Origin: a virus
Lineage: Duplodnaviria; Heunggongvirae; Uroviricota; Caudoviricetes
Virus record (IMG/VR): IMGVR_UViG_2875722834_000003
Location: 1 to 39,463 of that record
Direction: 5' to 3' (one strand)
Length of the DNA stretch: 39,463 bases
Positions 34,873 to 39,463 of the stretch are shown here, one piece after another. The position numbers were made by a program, and so were the translations under genes. Below the pieces are notes generated by a model. The model was not told where the DNA came from, made no database searches, and was given only the letters and a program-made list of their open reading frames with translations. Positions within the stretch are counted from its first letter, which is position 1; each line of letters begins with the position of its first letter.

Positions 34873-37020
34873 ATGCCAGAACAATTATACAACGTTGTTG
34901 TTTCACAACCAAGTCAGTTATTTACTTTAGCTCGCTCGTTTAAAGCAAATGCCAATGGCAAAATTTATATCGGTAAAATTGACACTGACCCTGTAAATCC
35001 TGAAAACCAGATTCAGGTTTATGTGGAGAACGAAGACGGCTCTCACGTTCCTGTATCCCAGCCAATCATCATTAACGCCGCTGGTTATCCGGTATATAAC
35101 GGACAGATTGCCAAATTCGTTACCGTGCAAGGCCATTCTATGGCTGTTTATGATGCATATGGTGCTCAACAGTTCTATTTTCCTAATGTGCTTAAGTATG
35201 ACCCTGACCAGTTCAGGGCAATTATAGAGTCACCAGAAGGTGCTGGACACGTAGGATATCAGTATCGCAGGAATACAGGTGCGACCATGAGAATGGTAAG
35301 CGATGTGCTGGATGAGCGTGTCAGCCTTTGGGATTTTCACTGCGATTCATCAGGTAACGTAATTCAGCCCGGGCCAACTGTGGATAGTCGGCAGTACATT
35401 CAAAAGGCTATTGACGCGATATACGAAGCTGGCGGTGGAACACTAATTATCCCAACGGGAACATGGTATCTAAACTCGTATGGTGTTCCAGATAAAATTT
35501 CTAACTATGGTGGAGTAATCCACTGGCGCTCTCGTGTCAATATTCACTTTGAAGCCGGTTCTACGCTAAAGCTGACAAACTACTTCAATGAACGCGGCTA
35601 TTGCGTTATCTGTGGTTTTGACGGTAATGACCCCGCAACGTCTGGCGATTTGCGCGATGCAATGATTACGGGTAATGGAACCATTCACTGCGGGGACAAT
35701 ATACAGGCGGTGGGAGGCTCGCTAGCATATGCGATAGGCACTGGGAGATCATACAACGTAAGCGTAAGGGATATACACATTACTGGTGGGGACCTGACTT
35801 GGGCCGTGACACTTGGATGGAATGGTTATGGCAATAATACTGTTGTAGATGGGGTCACTGTTACTGAGGTTAAGAAGACTGAGGTTGCCCGTAACGTTGA
35901 CCAGTCCCTCTTCTATGTGGGGTGTCAGTTCTCTGGTATACAGAACTGCTATATGAAACCTTCTGAATCAGGGTTGGCCGCAAAAATATCAGCAGCAGTG
36001 GAACTTCACCAGTCTGGCACTTTTTGCCTGAACAACCAGATGTATGGATTCATGCGTGGTGTTTATGTTGTTTTGCACGGACGTGAAACGGCAGGCAGCG
36101 GTCTATTCATGAACAATATTCGTGTATCTGGTAACACTGCGTACATTAATGGTCAGTTTGTGACTGTAGGTGCGGATAGTATAGATTTTGATACTCATGT
36201 TTCTGATGTAATTATATCCGATAACATTTGTACCATTATGAACCCTGTAGACTCTGCTCCATTGGTTAGATGCTTTATATCATCTGACTTGTTTGTAGAG
36301 GCCCCGCCGGATAATGAAACTGCGCGCGTACTGGTTGATGGGAATATCTTCTTAGCGCCAACAACTACCCCAGACAGTTTATTTTTCTTTTACAGAGTAA
36401 GCAGCCGTGGGTTTTACTTTAGCAACAACATGTGTGATTGCCGTCGTATAATTTCTGGGGATGGGGCCGGCACTGGTATTGTAGAACTACGCGATATAAT
36501 CTGGGACGCATCCAATAAGATTGGGCCTACTTGGATAGGTCAACGTGGCGGTAATGCGAACATGTTTGAGTTTTACGTCGCCAATATTTTACGCTGTAAA
36601 TTTGAAATATCTATGCCATATGTGGACACTAGCATGGCTAGTATTTTCTACGCGCCAGATACGGCCAATATAACGTTTACAGTAGTCAAAGTTGATCCAG
36701 AAAATATACCATCTTCTGTAACTGCAGTTAGCATCTCAGAGGCTAACAAAAACCGGGGAACAAATTACTTTGAGTTCCCGGAAACTATATCCTTCTCATC
36801 TTTCAACACCGCGGGAGCAGTATTTTGCTACAGCACATCAACTAACTATGCCTGGTGTGGAAGTGCAACGGCATTGTCAAAGTCAGGAGTTTCTGGGCTG
36901 GTAACTCCTGGTGAATATGGTGTCAAAGATAACGGTCAGCTTGGTGGGGTAGGATATAATGATACAGGCGCAGCCAGGAACTGGAGCCAGCGTGTTTTAT
37001 TAAAAAGCGCAATAGAATAA
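34873..37020 (+). CDS. Tailspike protein (P22-type head-binding domain plus beta-helix receptor-binding/depolymerase domain)
   Basis: ORF track 34864..37020; ATG 34873 chosen by alignment to the P22 tailspike N-terminus (NVVVS..., [33 protein letters not shown]); the remaining about 600 aa differ from P22. Confidence 0.85.
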   Translation: MPEQLYNVVVSQPSQLFTLARSFKANANGKIYIGKIDTDPVNPENQIQVYVENEDGSHVPVSQPIIINAAGYPVYNGQIAKFVTVQGHSMAVYDAYGAQQFYFPNVLKYDPDQFRAIIESPEGAGHVGYQYRRNTGATMRMVSDVLDERVSLWDFHCDSSGNVIQPGPTVDSRQYIQKAIDAIYEAGGGTLIIPTGTWYLNSYGVPDKISNYGGVIHWRSRVNIHFEAGSTLKLTNYFNERGYCVICGFDGNDPATSGDLRDAMITGNGTIHCGDNIQAVGGSLAYAIGTGRSYNVSVRDIHITGGDLTWAVTLGWNGYGNNTVVDGVTVTEVKKTEVARNVDQSLFYVGCQFSGIQNCYMKPSESGLAAKISAAVELHQSGTFCLNNQMYGFMRGVYVVLHGRETAGSGLFMNNIRVSGNTAYINGQFVTVGADSIDFDTHVSDVIISDNICTIMNPVDSAPLVRCFISSDLFVEAPPDNETARVLVDGNIFLAPTTTPDSLFFFYRVSSRGFYFSNNMCDCRRIISGDGAGTGIVELRDIIWDASNKIGPTWIGQRGGNANMFEFYVANILRCKFEISMPYVDTSMASIFYAPDTANITFTVVKVDPENIPSSVTAVSISEANKNRGTNYFEFPETISFSSFNTAGAVFCYSTSTNYAWCGSATALSKSGVSGLVTPGEYGVKDNGQLGGVGYNDTGAARNWSQRVLLKSAIE

Positions 37021-37027
37021 ATGAAAT

Positions 37028-37046
37028 AGCCCGCTTACTGCGGGCT
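37028..37046. terminator. Bidirectional terminator between convergent tailspike and gtrC
   Basis: AGCCCGC-ttact-GCGGGCT perfect 7-bp stem with U-rich flanks on both strands. Confidence 0.6.
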
Positions 37047-37055
37047 ACTTTACCA

Positions 37056-38543
37056 TTATTTTTTGTATACCAGTATTGTCATATCTCCCTTATTTAAAAC
37101 TTTTTCAGGCTTCCCATTTTTAGATGAAATGGCGTTGATACACGACTGTATGTCTCCGCACTTTTCATGCCCATCAATAGCGATAAAGTATTTTCCATTT
37201 GATGGCATTGCTTCTTTACTGTACCAACTTCTCATGGTTTGATATCGAGGTGAGTTAAAATCAATAGACCCATTTTCAGAAATATCTACAGGTGCGATAA
37301 CTACCTCCCCATTGGAAGCCCAGAATGTAGTTAGGCTTTTATTCCAGTAGTCACCATAACCATAACTCAAATTATTATCTAGTAAAAACGCAGAATAATC
37401 CTTTATCTCCCGTTCAGAATCTTCGTAAGTTTTATTTCCAAAGTTAAAGGTTATAGCGCTCGACAGTACAAATAAAATGCAAATGGCATATGCTAGCCAT
37501 TTTGTCATTCTGCTATGAGCAACTGAATATACTATGAACACAAAAGGTGCAATATTCACAAAAAAGCGAGGTATAGGCTGGCTTGGGTCTGGATTGCTTA
37601 CTGTATAAGCTGAGATAATTCCAGCGGCGGAAAGTAGGGATAGCATAAAAAAATAACTAGAACTATCTTTCCTCAGAATCCCTGTTATGCATACATAACA
37701 AAATAACCCCCCCACAAGAATAAATGAGGCTATATATAGGGAGTGCTGCCTGAGGAAGAAAATGTTAAACATTTCACCAACCGTGAGAATCAGTTGATGT
37801 GCGTTCCCCTGCATTGTAACAAAATCAACAATATTAAAAGGTTGAGAGTCGATTCCCATTAATTTTGGTATTGTATGATTCAGAGCAATACCATAAAAAA
37901 TAGCAAGGAGAATGAAATTTACTAATTTTGTTTCTTTTCTGATGACAAAAATGAGTTCAGTAATCAGAATTGGAAGGAGATAAGTAGGCGCAGCCCACAT
38001 ATCTGAGGAACAAACTAATAACCCAAAAATGCCAACTATGGCATATGATAAAAGCCCTTGATCTCTATGTGCTTTCATTGCCATAAGGCATGTTAGCATT
38101 CCAAAAGCAACAGTAGAGTAGTGAGCAAATGGATGCTGAACAAATCCATCTGTCCAATATATGTGCGGCAAAGCAGCAAGAGGCACTGCGCAAACTAGTA
38201 ATGAACTTCGCTTGTTTAATTTCTTTGATATTGTAGATGCGATAATTATGACGCTGAATGCAAAAAAAGCAGATCCAAATATCAGCATTGGAGCGCCATA
38301 ACTTCCTAATATCAAATAAAACAGAAAGTATACAGGGTACAATGTAAAGTACCAGTTATCCGGTGTCGGGTTCCAATCAGTAAGAGACTTGAAACCGTGT
38401 TCCTTAAACTCAAGCCATACAACAGGACCATTTACTCCATCAGCATCTATTCTGAAGTATATATAAGAAAGATAAGAGATAGATATTGCGCATAAGAGCA
38501 ATATTACAATCTCTATTGATTTTTTATTTATTAGGTGTTTCAT
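37056..38543 (-). CDS. gtrC: GtrC-like serotype-specific O-antigen glucosyltransferase (polytopic membrane protein)
   Basis: 495 aa, multiple hydrophobic segments plus a C-terminal soluble domain; directly downstream of gtrB with ATGA overlap; about 27-33 % GC in sampled lines. Confidence 0.6.
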   Translation of the reverse strand: MKHLINKKSIEIVILLLCAISISYLSYIYFRIDADGVNGPVVWLEFKEHGFKSLTDWNPTPDNWYFTLYPVYFLFYLILGSYGAPMLIFGSAFFAFSVIIIASTISKKLNKRSSLLVCAVPLAALPHIYWTDGFVQHPFAHYSTVAFGMLTCLMAMKAHRDQGLLSYAIVGIFGLLVCSSDMWAAPTYLLPILITELIFVIRKETKLVNFILLAIFYGIALNHTIPKLMGIDSQPFNIVDFVTMQGNAHQLILTVGEMFNIFFLRQHSLYIASFILVGGLFCYVCITGILRKDSSSYFFMLSLLSAAGIISAYTVSNPDPSQPIPRFFVNIAPFVFIVYSVAHSRMTKWLAYAICILFVLSSAITFNFGNKTYEDSEREIKDYSAFLLDNNLSYGYGDYWNKSLTTFWASNGEVVIAPVDISENGSIDFNSPRYQTMRSWYSKEAMPSNGKYFIAIDGHEKCGDIQSCINAISSKNGKPEKVLNKGDMTILVYKK

Positions 38544-39463
38544 TTTTTATCCTTGTTACTTAAAATATATCTAGGCCTGTTCTTGGATTCGGTGTAAATC
38601 CTCCCGATGTACTCACCAAGCACCCCAATGCCAATAAGTTGTACGCCACCAAGAAACAGAATAGAAACCAGCAATGAGGGGTAGCCTCGCACCGGATTGC
38701 CAAAGGCGATAGTGTCTATAATCATCCATGCACCATAAATGAACGACAGGCCTGCTACCAACAATCCAATATAAGTCCACATGCGCAGAGGGAAGGTAGA
38801 GAAACTGGTTATCCCCTCAAGGGCAAGGTTCCATAACTTCCAGCCATTGAATTTTGAATCACCGGCAATCCTTTCAGCCCTGGTGTATTCAACGATATCA
38901 GTGTTCCCGCCAACCCAGCTAAGAATGCCTTTCATAAAGAGGTTGCGCTCAGGAAGAAGCTTGATGTTTTCCACCACCGCTCGGGACATCAGGCGGAAAT
39001 CACCTACATTCTCCTCAATTTTAGGGTTGCTGATTTTGTTGTGCAGCTTGTAGAACCACTCAGCGGTCTTCCGCTTAAGTCTTCCATCAGTTGATCTGTC
39101 TGTTCGTTTCGCCAGTACCATTTCAGCGCCAGCCTGCCACTTATCGATCAGATGAGGAATGACGTTAATAGGATCCTGCAGGTCTACATCGATAGGGATT
39201 ACGGCTTCGCCTGTCGCATGGTCTAGCCCTGCAAATAAAGCAGGCTCCTTGCCGAAGTTGCGGGTGAATGACAACGCAACAACTAGAGGGTCTGCAATTG
39301 CCAGAGATCTGATTATTGACTCTGTAGCATCCTTGCTGCCGTCGTTGATGAAGACTATTTCAACCTCATATTGCTGAAGATCTTCAAACTCGCGCACTGT
39401 TTTATAGAAAATTGGAATCGCGTCTTCTTCATTGAAGACAGGAACGACCAGAGATATCTTCAT
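38540..39463 (-). CDS. gtrB: GtrB bactoprenol glucosyltransferase (GT2 family)
   Basis: 307 aa [26 protein letters not shown]...; GT2 motifs (INDGSKD, DVDLQDP) and two C-terminal TM helices; start codon is the last three bases of the window. Confidence 0.85.
   Translation of the reverse strand: MKISLVVPVFNEEDAIPIFYKTVREFEDLQQYEVEIVFINDGSKDATESIIRSLAIADPLVVALSFTRNFGKEPALFAGLDHATGEAVIPIDVDLQDPINVIPHLIDKWQAGAEMVLAKRTDRSTDGRLKRKTAEWFYKLHNKISNPKIEENVGDFRLMSRAVVENIKLLPERNLFMKGILSWVGGNTDIVEYTRAERIAGDSKFNGWKLWNLALEGITSFSTFPLRMWTYIGLLVAGLSFIYGAWMIIDTIAFGNPVRGYPSLLVSILFLGGVQLIGIGVLGEYIGRIYTESKNRPRYILSNKDKK

Larger units (their letters stand above)
1331..39463. mobile_element. Lambdoid prophage (lambda-type integration and late regulation, P22/Sf6-like podovirus structural genes); right end beyond window
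   Basis: attL at 1331 next to host ybhC; continuous phage gene content from int to gtrB at the window edge; attR not observed. Confidence 0.9.

Noticed and set aside
1-39463. Search for tRNA, rRNA, CRISPR arrays or IS elements
   Set aside because: No cloverleaf-like conserved tRNA segments, no spaced direct-repeat arrays and no transposase-like ORFs with terminal inverted repeats were seen by eye; a tRNAscan/CRISPR-finder run would be needed to exclude them formally.

Overview
This window is the left junction and almost the whole body of a roughly 38 kb lambdoid prophage inserted at the E. coli lambda attachment site. All calls come from reading the sequence and ORF track and from recalled protein families; no database search was run.

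Layout: bases 1-1284 are the host gene ybhC (minus strand). The lambda core GCTTTTTTATACTAA lies at 1331-1345, followed by the lambda P' arm, int and xis, so this is attL. The prophage runs to the window edge; attR and gtrA are not in the window.

The prophage is a mosaic:
- Lambda-type: int/xis, N with nutL and nutR, the nin region, Q with pR', and the S-R-Rz/Rz1 lysis cassette.
- P22-type early functions: Abc2-like, Erf, an SSB-like protein, a c1-like CII, an iteron-bearing O-like initiator and a DnaB-family helicase.
- A non-lambda immunity region: cI/cro with 17-bp operators of half-site AA(T/A)CACA.
- A P22/Sf6/HK620-like podovirus structural block: small and large terminase, portal, scaffold, coat, gp4, gp10, gp26 needle, gp14, ejection proteins gp7/gp20/gp16, mnt and tailspike.
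- A gtrB-gtrC O-antigen glucosylation operon at the right end.

No rRNA, tRNA, CRISPR array or IS element was seen.

The cargo I cannot explain, in order of interest:
1. An AT-rich two-gene insert between N and cIII (7375-8114).
2. An HNH-AP2 endonuclease where P22 has arc/ant, back-to-back with the tailspike start (34350-34850).
3. A KilA-N / HExxH / Cys-rich block between lysis and terminase (18536-20223).
4. A strongly acidic 249-aa protein and a chain of translationally coupled unknown ORFs downstream of xis (2993-5437).
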